Source: Naegleria gruberi (taxonomy: Eukaryota). Taken from it: DNA of 64,000 nt. Each line of letters begins with the position of its first letter. Positions within the stretch are counted from its first letter, which is position 1. The translations under genes were made by a program, and so were the position numbers. Below the pieces are notes generated by a model. The model was given only the letters and a program-made list of their open reading frames with translations, was not told where the DNA came from and did not search any database. Location: the NCBI GenBank assembly GCA_000004985.1, contig GG738893.1; one strand, written 5' to 3'. This document shows, piece after piece, positions 53,719-64,000 of this stretch.

Positions 53719-55570
53719 TTAAAATACAAAGGATTCAGTTCTAATGTTATTTTCTGGATATTTGAGTTCTTTAAGCCAATTTCGAATAGAATTCATAAAT
53801 TGAGGAGGTCCACAAAGATAAATTATTGGAATTTCTGAATTGCTGATATTGGAAGCACCTTGTAGAGCTTGTGCAACATCATTAGAATTAATTCTTCTAT
53901 TGAAAATTGAATAATTATTCTCTGCATGTGTAGCATGTCTGGTGGAATCAAAAACTTGTAAACTTGAAACTCTTTCATCATTTCTGAAAGATTTGGTAAA
54001 TTCGGCTTCACTTCCTCTTCCAGAATAGAGAACAGATAACTTGACATTAGATTTACATTCCTGTAAGGCAGACCACATGGAAAGGAATGGAGTTATTCCA
54101 ACTCCGGCAGCTATCCAAATCATATTTGGAGTTTCCACTCGATTGGTTTCCTTTTCAAAACATGTGAAATTTCCACCAACTCCAATCAATTTCAAACTCA
54201 ATTCAGAAACATTGGAATGTAGCAATGGAGTGACAGCTCCATTTTCCACTAATTTGATAGTGCATGAAATAAAATTGGAAGATTCAAATTTGGTGGTTTC
54301 AGTTGTTTCGTCAATTAAGGGAGATGAAGAAATGGTCCAAGTTCTAATGAGATCATCATTGAGTGATTTTGGATTTAAATTATTCATATGTTGATACTTT
54401 TTTTGAATAATTTCACTAAAATCAAATAATGCATAAGATCCTGGCTGATACTTGATTGGAAATTCCAATTTAAATGTAAACTTGGAAATGAGGGGAGTTA
54501 ATTTTTCAACAGACCAAAGTTTAGCTTGATTGGAAGGAATGTGTTGCTCATTTTCAACATGAGTCGATTGATATACTTCTCCTTTCACATGACGAATTGG
54601 TGGATTGTAAGGAGAATATTGATCTGAACCTTCTTGTTTCAAATTCAATCCTTGTTTTACAAATACATGACCTGTCACTCTAATTCTTGTAATCAAAGTG
54701 ACTCGTGGCATGATTTCTTCAGCTTGTTCATCGAATAGATTCTCTGCATCACCAGTAATGTACAACATGTCACCAGTCTGGAAGTTTGGAATTACTAGAC
54801 CAGCAACTCTATCAGATTGTACATTTCCTAAAGATTGATAGAATCTATTACCTGAATAATCTGGTATTACAACATAGGATTGGCCATTTTCATTGTAAAC
54901 TCGGCAAAATCCTGGATTTCCTCCTCTGTGGTTGACTCCAATATCTGAATCTGAATCTTGAGAGATGTGTCGTGTGGAAATGAAGATTGTACTTGCTTGG
55001 TGGATGTGGAATGTTTCTTCTGGTTCTAAAGTAGTGGAATTTGGAGAATCAATTGCAAGTTGAGGAGTTCTTTCCACATACGAAAGCTTTCGAATAGTGA
55101 TATATTTTGGACAGTTTCCCAAGCTTTCATTTGTTTGAATGTCCAAGTTGATGAACTGATTCTTGTACTGGCTAGAATTAATCAATCCACTAACCTTATT
55201 TCTTCTCCTATTACTAAAATCAATACCAAGACCAGCAAAGTATCTAATAGAATTATCCAATTCTCCAAAACAATTGCCAAATGGATCTCCAACTGACAAT
55301 TTTGCCCTAATCGACATTCTACTTCCCTTCTTAATCTTTACAATATCCTCTTCTTCTGCATTTCCAACAATAATACTTGTCCATGGCCTTTGAAATTCAT
55401 CCAATGTGGCCACAACAAAATAACTCAATTGGGAAAAGAATACTTGATGTTGCAAAGGCATTTCGTCTTCAATAAAATCTGGTAATTGACTAGAAACTTG
55501 AAGAGGAACTTGTCTTTTCATTTGGACGAATAATTCGCCCTTGTGTTGTGTGTGATTTTTCAATATCATG
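53719..55570 (-). CDS. Fused oxidoreductase: N-terminal FMN-binding split-barrel (pyridoxamine-5'-phosphate-oxidase-like) domains + C-terminal ferredoxin-NADP reductase-type FAD- and NAD(P)-binding domains; intronless
   Basis: C-terminus: RTWTISSSP (FNR R-x-Y-S/T FAD motif), IAAGVGITPF (NAD-binding Gly-rich motif), CGPPQFM. The N-terminal half has two PNPOx-like segments. First ATG at 55570; the track begins further upstream at a non-ATG codon. Confidence 0.55.
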
Positions 55571-55910
55571 TTAAATTGCTGTTGTGTTGTTGTTTTGTTT
55601 TTTTTTGTTTGTTTTGTGAAATTAATAGATTGGAATTTCAATCTTTTGATTGGTTGGAATTTCAAAAATAGAAAAAACGAGGGAAAATAGTGCGTCCTGT
55701 GTGAGAGGTCTTTTTTGTTGGTCAACTTCCGTGAAGGTAAATGAAAAATTTGGAATAAAACAATAGTTTTTCAATTTTTGATCCACCACCTTATTCATTT
55801 CAAGAATTTTCTCATTTGAATGAGGTTTATTGGATTCATCCACACACGGTCGAGTAACCACTCACACGTAGGCATTAGATGATATTCCAATATCCATAAT
55901 TACTTCCATT

Positions 55911-56471
55911 CTAATTCTTGTAATCATTACAAGTCTTACTATCAATACAGAACATTTCAATGTCCTTTCCTAATGCTTCATTACTTGTAGTATTGCAAGT
56001 TTTCATAGCAACTTGACACTTATCTTCACATGGGTACAAATTACGGATATAATTTGTCTTTTGAACACATAATGGAAAAACAGCATGACAAACAATGGAA
56101 TGAACCAATTCTTGACATTGCTTTGATGGTGTTTGACCATTGGCATTATCCCAATTCATTAAATTATAGTATAAAGCAGCAACCTTATCAGCATTTCTAG
56201 CACCAACTGCTTCAGTTTCTGTTGTCTTATTCCATTCAGGAATGGTAGTCAAATAATTCACTCTATCATGACAAAAATTCAAAGATTGTTGATTAATTTC
56301 GGAATCAATCAATTCACAAGTTTTAGCAGAAGAAGCGCTTCCGATAGCAAAAGAGCGAGAAAGAGAATTTCTAATTCTATCAGACAAACTGTGGGACGAT
56401 CCAATCATGAAGAACAAGCATAATATCATCATCATGATGACAAAAATTCGTGATGAGGCAATTTGGCGCAT
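55911..56471 (-). CDS. Small secreted protein with a Frizzled-type cysteine-rich domain (CRD)
   Basis: Signal peptide MRQIASSRIFVIMMMILCLFFMIGSS. This is followed by CELIDSEINQQSLNFCHDRVNYLTTIPEW...CQELVHSIVCHAVFPLCVQ...YPCEDKCQVAMKTC, a 10-Cys spacing like the FZ/sFRP CRD. There is no 7TM region. Confidence 0.5.
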   Translation of the reverse strand: MRQIASSRIFVIMMMILCLFFMIGSSHSLSDRIRNSLSRSFAIGSASSAKTCELIDSEINQQSLNFCHDRVNYLTTIPEWNKTTETEAVGARNADKVAALYYNLMNWDNANGQTPSKQCQELVHSIVCHAVFPLCVQKTNYIRNLYPCEDKCQVAMKTCNTTSNEALGKDIEMFCIDSKTCNDYKN

Positions 56472-56607
56472 TTTTTTTCGGGTGGAATATCCAAGAACTT
56501 GTAAAAGTGAACCAAAAAATCTATTACGGAGAATTTTATTAAGCAAAATCTTAATCTTTTTGTAATTAAATAATTAAATATATATTGAATTAATAATTTT
56601 AAAAAAA

Positions 56608-58380
56608 ATGCCGTGTATGTATGATTGGGTTCCTGAAGATTATTTTGAATCCATACAAAACGGAAGACAATTAGAAAAATTTATTCATTCACTATTCTTT
56701 ATTACAAGAAATGATGTTGATCAAGATGATGATCGATATGGTGATGATCAATATACTGTATTGGGAAGGCAATTGTTATCATTAAATTTTCGGAAGGAGA
56801 ATGGTTGTAAGAATAACATTGGGAAAATTAGAATGAGCTTGGGTTGTCGGAAGGAAATTAATCGTCTGATTGATATTGATGAGTTTGGATACTTGATGGT
56901 ATTGAATGAATATTTGGGAATTATTGAGGTTGATTCACAAATTGGATCGGAGAGTTCAGCTACATTGAGAGTAGAGGATGGTGAGGTGTTGGAGAAATTA
57001 GCAAATTCTATTGTGTTCGGAAGTGAGAAAGTGAGAGAATGTAGTAATGTTGAAAACAAAGTTCCATTGGGGCACTATGAGAAATTCATTAGAAACCATG
57101 CCATATGTTCTGTATTTGAATTTATTGGAACGAAGGAATTGATTGAATCATGCTCGAATGTTTGTAAAAGTTGGAATGAGATTATATTGGATGATAGAAA
57201 TAATATAGAGCAGATTTTTGGAAATAGATTTAAGAACAATTCTCAAAAATTAGGACTTGATTTAGATTTTGAAGCAATTAGAGAAGGTTATATTAATATG
57301 AATTGGATGGAGATATACATGATGAGTGGGATGTTTCATTTAGAAATTAATCCAGAATATTCAAGTTGGCTCAGAACAGAAGATCAATTCCTTACTCTTT
57401 TGTTTTTGAATCCATTAATTTTCTTAGATTTACCTCCTAATCATTGTTTAATTGAACGATTCTGTAATTATAAGCGTGTTTTGATTTTATCAGAATCAAG
57501 ACCTACCTTGGAATTAATTCAAAGATACAAGTCAAGGCGCTTCATTAACTCTTTACTTCATCATTCTAATTCCAAAACTGCTATTCAGAATATTTTACAA
57601 ACTCCTGTTATTTTCCCTTTTCATGGTAAGGTATTCTCAATTGATTTTGAATCAGAAATACCTATCTATCTGGATTTTTTGAAAGACATTACTTCAACAT
57701 TATCATCAATTATTGAAAAAACCCATTCAGTGAAAATTGCAACATTTCTAGATAAGATGGTGGAAAAGGCACACGAATATTTGCAACATTTTTCAACTAT
57801 CAGCAATTATAGAGTGGGAAAGGATATTGTAATTGGTCTACATTTGATTTTCTTGGATAGATATTATATGGGAGACAATCTTCTATCATCTCCAAATCTC
57901 AATTTTGGAAAATTATTGAAGAACTTGAACAATAATCAAGTCCAATTGTTTGAATCTGATTCATTTTCTACTGATTTATTGTCTGATTTAGTTACATCTC
58001 TGCAAGACCAAACTAACCAACCCAATCAAACATGGCTTCCCTCTCCAAACTCACCATTCAAACATCAATTTAATGCTTTTGAATTCCTCCAAGAGCACAC
58101 CTTTGAGCTGAGCTCAGTGTCTGAATCAATTTCTAAATTAAGCGAACAACATTTACAACTCCTACAAAAAGACGACATCTCCTTCCCTAACAAAAACTCA
58201 GACCTCATCCTCCACTATCATCTTCTCCATCCACAACACTACATTCATGATTGTTCCAGATTGCTGCCCAACAACTCGATCAAATTTCATGATTTTAACT
58301 TTCTTTACCATCACAACCCTCACTTTTTCTACAACCATCACAGTTGGACAGACAATACAAAGAAACACCATGAAAAATAA
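56608..58380 (+). CDS. Hypothetical protein with internal F-box-like motif
   Basis: ATG at 56608. HAICSVFEFIGTKELIESCSNVCKSWNEII is F-box-like. The rest is unassigned. Confidence 0.35.
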   Translation: MPCMYDWVPEDYFESIQNGRQLEKFIHSLFFITRNDVDQDDDRYGDDQYTVLGRQLLSLNFRKENGCKNNIGKIRMSLGCRKEINRLIDIDEFGYLMVLNEYLGIIEVDSQIGSESSATLRVEDGEVLEKLANSIVFGSEKVRECSNVENKVPLGHYEKFIRNHAICSVFEFIGTKELIESCSNVCKSWNEIILDDRNNIEQIFGNRFKNNSQKLGLDLDFEAIREGYINMNWMEIYMMSGMFHLEINPEYSSWLRTEDQFLTLLFLNPLIFLDLPPNHCLIERFCNYKRVLILSESRPTLELIQRYKSRRFINSLLHHSNSKTAIQNILQTPVIFPFHGKVFSIDFESEIPIYLDFLKDITSTLSSIIEKTHSVKIATFLDKMVEKAHEYLQHFSTISNYRVGKDIVIGLHLIFLDRYYMGDNLLSSPNLNFGKLLKNLNNNQVQLFESDSFSTDLLSDLVTSLQDQTNQPNQTWLPSPNSPFKHQFNAFEFLQEHTFELSSVSESISKLSEQHLQLLQKDDISFPNKNSDLILHYHLLHPQHYIHDCSRLLPNNSIKFHDFNFLYHHNPHFFYNHHSWTDNTKKHHEK

Positions 58381-58488
58381 ATTTATTCCACTCTCAATCT
58401 AATTTCTCAATCAACAACTTTCACATCCCAACGAATACTTTTTCTTTCAAATGCAATTTTCTTTAAAAAATCATAAAAAATTGCTAAA

Positions 58489-60939
58489 ATGTTATCTTCG
58501 ACGTCGGTTGAGAGTTCTACTGCTGATCGATCATCAGGAAATGGTAGTGCTACCCTCTCGTATGATGAACAAGATCCGTGGAAGGGATGGACTGTGCAAG
58601 ATGTTCAACAAATGCGAGAACAACAATTGAGAGAATTTTGTAGAGAAGTGATGATAATGGCTTCATCAGAAATTCCTTCACAAGATTTGAGACGTGCTGT
58701 TTGGAAGGTAGGTTTTTAAAACAATGTCTTGGATTTTATAGTGGTGATCAATATTAATTTGTATTCCTTTGTTGATGCGGAATTACTTTTGATCATGAAT
58801 TATATATTATTTAATAATATTATAATTCATTGTTATTATTATTGTTGTTGGATGTGGACGTTGTGAAAATAACAGAAATTACTTTATAGTAAAGTGGCTC
58901 CTTCAAGCTTGAAAGAGCAAGACTTTGAAAATGTTTCCTGGAGTGATGTTAGCAGAGAAGATTTAAAACAACATCTTTCATCAATAACCACAACACTCTC
59001 TGATGAAGTAGTAGAAAAGACGTACAAGATACTTTCTTTCCATCATCAATTTATGAAAGAAAAGTTTGATAAAGCAAATACTCCATCAAGTACTATTGCA
59101 CCAAACATTATTGAACACATTCTCTCCTACAGACCAGATATGGGTCGATTTGTCTATCACTTTATTAATTGTGTTGATGATGGATCGGAAAAGATGAATC
59201 TATCAGAATTATTTCCAATGGTTTATATCATGTTAAATCAATACTTTAAACCACTTGATTCAAGGAAGAATATTGCTTCATTGACAACAGCAACCGATTC
59301 AAAGATTGGATATTTATTGGATTGTTTCGATCAAATGTTTAGACTTTTGGTTCAATATCATGATCCTGATTTACAACTTCATTTCGATAGACACAGATTG
59401 GAAGTTATTATAGATGAAATTATTCCTTGGTCCAAATCTTTATTATTTGATTTTATTGCTTCATCTATTACTGATGCTTCTGAATTGAAACAAACACTAA
59501 CTTATTTGCTTGATATTTTGATTATTGAACGTGATCCTGTCATGTACACATTCTTGATTATTTCTATTCTAGTGAGAGATCGTAGTAATATTATGGCTCT
59601 TGACATTCCAGAAGAACTCAGATCATATTGTCAAGCTGGACTCTCATCAAAGGAAAAACAACAAATTATCAAGAGCAAAATGGATATTTTCTCACTCTAC
59701 TTGGAAGCCAAGAATTTGGAAAAGGAAACACCAACCAGTGCTAGAAATCAATTACAATCTATTTATCAAGCTTCTTTTGAAGCTAAGTTTGACACAATGA
59801 AGCAACTCTTGCAAGAAAGTGTTATTCTTCCACTTCCAGCTACTGAAATTGCCGACTGCTTTACTAAGGACAAAACCAGACAACAACAAAGATCACAAAA
59901 CTCCAAGGTCAAATATCTTGTCATTGATTGTAGAAGTGTAAAGAGCTTCCAATATGCAAGACTACCAACAGCCATTCATGTTGGAACACGTGTTGGTTAT
60001 GATAATGACAAGATGAAGGCCATTCTCTCCAAGTTTGAAGATGCCAAAGGATCTCACTTTGTTATTTTTGGTACAGGAAGAAAGTTGCCAGAAGAGGAAA
60101 ATTTATTACGAGTTATTGCTATGAAGTTTGTTACAGGTGGATTCCCTCATATTTCTATTGCTGTTGATGGATTCAAAGGGTGTATCAAATATATGACCTC
60201 TAATTTGATTGAATATGTCAAGGATGAAACTTTAGAAAACACTAAAACATCCTCAGCTGAGGAATGGACAAGTAAGGTTTCTGAAACTATTTTCTCATGG
60301 GGTAAGAAGGCAATTGGTGACATTGAAGAATATGTAAAGGAGAAGAAACTTGTGGAACAAGCTTTGACAAAACTCAATAGTAACAAGGAAAGTGCCCTTT
60401 CTACACTCAATTCTTTGAAGAATATGGAAAAAAAACTGGAAAAGACTTTGGAAAAGAGGATTAAACCAGTCTTTTCACTTGGTGACAATGATTCTGATGA
60501 TGATATTTCCACCTCTCCAACAAGTGTTGAAAGTACAGAGGCCACCACTGTCAAATTGGATGATTTGTCCAAACTTGGAGACAATATCAAATTATTTACT
60601 CTCCAATTGAAGAAGAATAAGGAAACAAGATATCTCGCCATTGGAGACAATTTAATAATGTGTCTGAAACCTCATCCACAACTTTTCCAAAGTGGAATCA
60701 TTCAATGGAAGAGAACATTGAGGCAAGTATGCAAGCTAACCTTTAAAAAGACAGATGCAACATCTCTTACTTTCACACTCAAAGGATTCCCAAATACTCT
60801 TTCCTATACTCCTCAACCTCAATCTACAACAGATAACTCACCACCTCCAAGCTTTACTGAACAATTCACCACTGACAAGGCAACGGAAATTATTAATTTG
60901 GTGCAAGGAAATATCAAGAAACTGAAAGAAAATAAATAA
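58489..60939 (+). CDS. TBC1D23-like protein (TBC/RabGAP-like domain + rhodanese-like domain), at least 2 exons (58489..approx 58711, approx 58895..60939)
   Basis: Exon 1: WTVQDVQQMREQQLREFCREVMIMASSEIPSQDLRRAVWK (start of the TBC domain). Exon 2: KYLVIDCRSVKSFQYARLPTAIHVG...VIFGTG (rhodanese fold). There is a GTAGGT donor at 58708, but the exact junction phase is uncertain. Confidence 0.5.
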
Positions 60940-61024
60940 TTTATTGTTGTGTGATTTTAGAATGTTGACAATAACTTAACACAACCACTTCCAGTCTCTG
61001 CTCGAAATTAGCCAAACAAAAAAA

Positions 61025-62044
61025 ATGTCACAACTTACCAATGAAGAGATTTTTGATCCTCCAACTAAAAAGATTAAACTGTCTCGTTCGGAAGACAATA
61101 TCATGCCAAATGTCATTATATTACTGGATCGATCACTTGGTGATTCATTGTTATGGGAAGTTTATCAGGAAACAATTGAAAGAGATTTGAATGAATTTGT
61201 TATATTGCAATTGATGAAAGATTATGGCAGTTTCTTCAACATTAAGATAATGAAAACCCTTCCTCATTTAGTGGCATTTGAAAAGATGTGCAGGGAGAGG
61301 AGTGTCATTTACGAACTGATAAGGGAAGGATTACTCTATGAATCAATTAATGGTAACTTCTTTAGGGCTTCTAGCTTTTTCCAGAAATATTACAATATTA
61401 AGCAATTGTTATTTTCTAAACATGCATTCGAAACTGAGGATCAGTACAAGAAGTTTATAATGAATGTCATTGATTATGATAGAGAGGGAATAATTTATGA
61501 TATTGTTTCTGATTCAATAAGGGATGATTTAGAATTTGTGTTGAGAGCTACCTTAATATGTCCCAAAATACTGTACAAATATCCAGAAAGATTTCTCAAT
61601 TTACAATTTGCATTGGAATATTCAATGAGAGAGCATCCAAGAACTGTCATGAAGACCTTCTTGAAAGATAATGAATCTCCAATCCTAGAATTGGAGGAAT
61701 ATCAAGCAGTTAACAAGTTCAAGGAAGAATCCAGTACATTTATGAGTGCAAGAAGATTCGTAGAGAATGGTTCTAATCTAAGATATTCATTTTACAATGA
61801 TGATCCCCTTCCTAAACTTCCACATGACTTGAATCCATCTCGTTATATGACCAGGATAATTGATTTCGAAGTAATTGAGGAGCTATGTTATTATTTTAAC
61901 ATAGAAGTACCTGCAAAGCTGGGTCCAACAGATTATAGATATACCATACAAGGTATATTCAAAGCTGGATTAGATATAAAATGTCTGGCCTATCCGCAAG
62001 TGGTTAGAAATTTGGGTTTAATATTGGGATATTTGTACAAGTAA
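61025..62044 (+). CDS. Hypothetical protein
   Basis: 339-aa ORF from ATG 61025. No recognised domain. Confidence 0.3.
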   Translation: MSQLTNEEIFDPPTKKIKLSRSEDNIMPNVIILLDRSLGDSLLWEVYQETIERDLNEFVILQLMKDYGSFFNIKIMKTLPHLVAFEKMCRERSVIYELIREGLLYESINGNFFRASSFFQKYYNIKQLLFSKHAFETEDQYKKFIMNVIDYDREGIIYDIVSDSIRDDLEFVLRATLICPKILYKYPERFLNLQFALEYSMREHPRTVMKTFLKDNESPILELEEYQAVNKFKEESSTFMSARRFVENGSNLRYSFYNDDPLPKLPHDLNPSRYMTRIIDFEVIEELCYYFNIEVPAKLGPTDYRYTIQGIFKAGLDIKCLAYPQVVRNLGLILGYLYK

Positions 62045-62048
62045 TAAA

Positions 62049-63983
62049 TTATGAAATTAACTTTTTGAGAACTGCTGCTTTTGTAAAGCCACCTGTCAAA
62101 ATGCCAGTTGTGGTGCAGGCACTAGCTGCTTTGACGTATTCAGTTCCCTCCTTGACATATTCATTGGCCTGTTGAATGTTCTTTTCGATAATGTTGAGTC
62201 CTTGACCTTGTTCTCTAATGAGGAAATTCATTTGTTCGTACATTTCATGAAGTTCAGCGTAATCCTTTTCCACAGCTTCCAACTCTGCCTTTGTTTCAAG
62301 GGCAATCTTCTTTTCCATTTCAATAGTTTCTGCATCGGCAGTACTGAGAATGAATTGAATCTTTTGTTGTTGATCTTGCTCCTTCTTGTGTTGGAGTTCC
62401 ATTTGCTTCTCTTCGTACTTTCTCACCAAGTGATCTGGATTGGTTGCACCCGAATCTCTAGCTCCAGCCATGATGGCTTGCATGAATTGCTTCTTTTTCA
62501 TAACTTGTTCCTCCTTCTTTCTGGCATTTCTATCCACCTTACCTTCTTTTGCTGTGGCAACGGTAGGTGAAGGAATTTCAAGAGATTTCTCTTTAGATTT
62601 CTTGGAAGTTTGTTGAGTGGTAGAAGCTCCTGTTTGATATAATACATGGTCCATTAACTCGTCAAATTCCAACATTCTTTCACTTCTCTTCTTTTTGTGA
62701 TGTCTTTCAATCTTTTGGCGTTTCTTTAAAAAGTTTTGGTATTGCTTGTCAATGTTCTCGAATTGTATTTTAAGTTTTGTTAGTTTCATAATGGTTAATT
62801 TACAGTTAGTGACCTGAGGTAATTTCTTGCTCAGTTTTGGAATAAACTTGTCCAGTAATTCCCTCTTCTTCTCAGCTTTTGAAATACATGATTGAATGGA
62901 ATTTCTAATCTTTTCAGTGTCGTTTTCAAAGTGTTCCCACTTGCTCAAGAGAGCTTCCAGTTTGTTAACCTTCTCTCCAAACATTTGAATATCCATAGCC
63001 ATAACATAGAGCAATTTGAATTGTTGTTTGGTTTTGGTAAATTCCTTCTCGCCTTCTATTTGAATAAGATTGGGTCCACTATTCGAAAACAAGTGATCCT
63101 CTCCCATGCTTGTCGTATTGGCTGATTGAAAATTCACATCATCAAAATTGAAACTCGATTCCAGAGTTGGTGTGCCGAGTGGATCAGCACCAAACCATCT
63201 GGATTTTCTCTTTTGAGCTGCATCATTGTCGAGAGGACATGCATGCTCTTCCTCTTCCTGTGGTGGTAAATCGAAATGTGGTTTGTGATCTGATTTCTTC
63301 TTTGGATGATGATCACCATTGCTTGCTGTCGTCAATGCAACAGCACCAGGTACAGGTGAAGAAGTATTACTCTTATCAGGTGATTCATTTCTCTCAGCAC
63401 CACCTTTCTTCTTCTTCTTTCCAATACCCAATTTAGAAGCCTCCTTCTCTGTAGCTCCAAAATTCAAAGGTTTCACATCCACCTGAATACTTCCACAAAT
63501 TCCATCAGTAAAAATCGAACTCCTTGTCAAGTCAGCAATTGAAGGAGCTTCCAAATCCAACTCCAACGAAGTAATATTTCCAAAATTAAATTGATTCAAA
63601 TGATCAATCGTACAAAATCCAATCGTCTCTCCATTCCTCTCCTTATCATGAACATAAATTTGTATGATATCCCGATTCGGATTCTCCAAGCCTAACAAGA
63701 AGGTCTGATTAAAGGAGGGATTTAAATTATTTCTCTTAGCCTTGGTCCTCTGTTTATAAACTCCATTCACCTTGATCATCAGATAGGGAGAAACCTCCAC
63801 TTGATTGGTCTGCTGGAGCGACGAGGCATCAATCGAGACTTTTTCTATGGTTAATTCGAGCTGGAAAAATTCGGCGGGAGAATTTCCGTTAGCATTGTTG
63901 GCGCCATTTTTTATTTGCGTTAGAAAATTCTGTTCACCCTCGCTGATGAGTCCGTGAAGGTGGTTGGTTCGACTCTTGAACAT
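62049..63983 (-). CDS. C2-domain + syntaxin-like (Qa) SNARE-motif protein
   Basis: The N-terminal C2-like beta-sandwich region is YLMIKVNGVYKQRTKAKRNNLNPSFNQTF...IYVHDKERNGETIGFC. The C-terminal SNARE heptad region is IREQGQGLNIIEKNIQQANEYVKEGTEYVKAA, with a zero-layer Gln. The short tail lacks a clear TM helix. ATG at 63983. Confidence 0.5.
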   Translation of the reverse strand: MFKSRTNHLHGLISEGEQNFLTQIKNGANNANGNSPAEFFQLELTIEKVSIDASSLQQTNQVEVSPYLMIKVNGVYKQRTKAKRNNLNPSFNQTFLLGLENPNRDIIQIYVHDKERNGETIGFCTIDHLNQFNFGNITSLELDLEAPSIADLTRSSIFTDGICGSIQVDVKPLNFGATEKEASKLGIGKKKKKGGAERNESPDKSNTSSPVPGAVALTTASNGDHHPKKKSDHKPHFDLPPQEEEEHACPLDNDAAQKRKSRWFGADPLGTPTLESSFNFDDVNFQSANTTSMGEDHLFSNSGPNLIQIEGEKEFTKTKQQFKLLYVMAMDIQMFGEKVNKLEALLSKWEHFENDTEKIRNSIQSCISKAEKKRELLDKFIPKLSKKLPQVTNCKLTIMKLTKLKIQFENIDKQYQNFLKKRQKIERHHKKKRSERMLEFDELMDHVLYQTGASTTQQTSKKSKEKSLEIPSPTVATAKEGKVDRNARKKEEQVMKKKQFMQAIMAGARDSGATNPDHLVRKYEEKQMELQHKKEQDQQQKIQFILSTADAETIEMEKKIALETKAELEAVEKDYAELHEMYEQMNFLIREQGQGLNIIEKNIQQANEYVKEGTEYVKAASACTTTGILTGGFTKAAVLKKLIS

Positions 63984-64000
63984 GGGATGATGTGATTTTT

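Noticed and set aside
58712-58894. Treating 58489–58719 and 58894–60939 as two separate genes
   Set aside because: The first ORF encodes the beginning of a TBC domain and the second continues the TBC domain and adds the rhodanese domain found in TBC1D23. They are better explained as one gene with an approx 180-bp intron, although the junction phase is imperfect.
1-64000. Reading the window as prokaryotic or viral because the ORF track uses GTG/TTG starts and many ORFs abut
   Set aside because: Many genes need GT..AG introns to restore known domains (OYE, RNase T2, PARP, kinase, MFS, RCC1). tRNAs lack CCA. The proteins are typically eukaryotic (SNF2, RCC1, F-box, TBC1D23, SNARE). The non-ATG starts in the track are artefacts; true starts are internal ATGs.

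Overview
This window reads as eukaryotic nuclear DNA, not prokaryotic. It is AT-rich and carries many short AT-rich GT..AG introns (about 70–330 bp). Coding regions contain poly-Asn/Gln/Ser tracts, the tRNA genes lack an encoded CCA, and there are no operons. The style (codon usage, intron structure, many F-box, RCC1 and LRR proteins) fits a dictyostelid social amoeba (Amoebozoa). It is less AT-rich than D. discoideum, so a Polysphondylium/Cavenderia/Acytostelium-like genome is my guess; this organism call is inference only.

The supplied ORF track evidently allows GTG/TTG starts. I moved several N-termini to the first plausible ATG and reconstructed exon joins by eye, so all exon boundaries are approximate.

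Gene content, roughly 35 protein-coding genes on both strands:
- A TPR protein.
- Several F-box proteins: F-box/DUF4116-like, F-box/LRR and F-box/RNI-like LRR.
- An SNF2/RAD54-family ATPase.
- Two adjacent RCC1-repeat genes.
- Two MFS transporters, one of them FLVCR-like.
- Two kinases.
- A divergent Nop56/58-family protein with a C-terminal F-box.
- A metabolic/detox cluster on the minus strand (33.4–43.5 kb): acetoacetyl-CoA synthetase ending in -SKL, two tandem Old Yellow Enzyme paralogs, a single-exon arsenite methyltransferase with Cys-rich tails, an MPPE1/Cdc1-like metallophosphoesterase and RNase T2.
- Two secreted Cys-rich proteins, one of them a standalone Frizzled-type cysteine-rich domain (CRD).
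- A secreted protein built almost entirely of RGG, GKAGKGG, KKDKK and QPEQ repeats.
- A PARP-domain protein, a TBC1D23-like protein and a C2+SNARE protein.
- A GH92 alpha-mannosidase gene broken by three frameshifts.
- An intronless FMN-binding split-barrel (PNPOx-like) + ferredoxin-NADP reductase (FNR)-like fused oxidoreductase.

RNA genes:
- An intact tRNA-Asn(GUU).
- A tRNA-Leu(CAA) whose T-loop is interrupted by a 272-bp array of three degenerate tandem repeats flanked by a 9-bp direct duplication.

I found no CRISPR arrays, rRNA or prokaryotic-type mobile elements.
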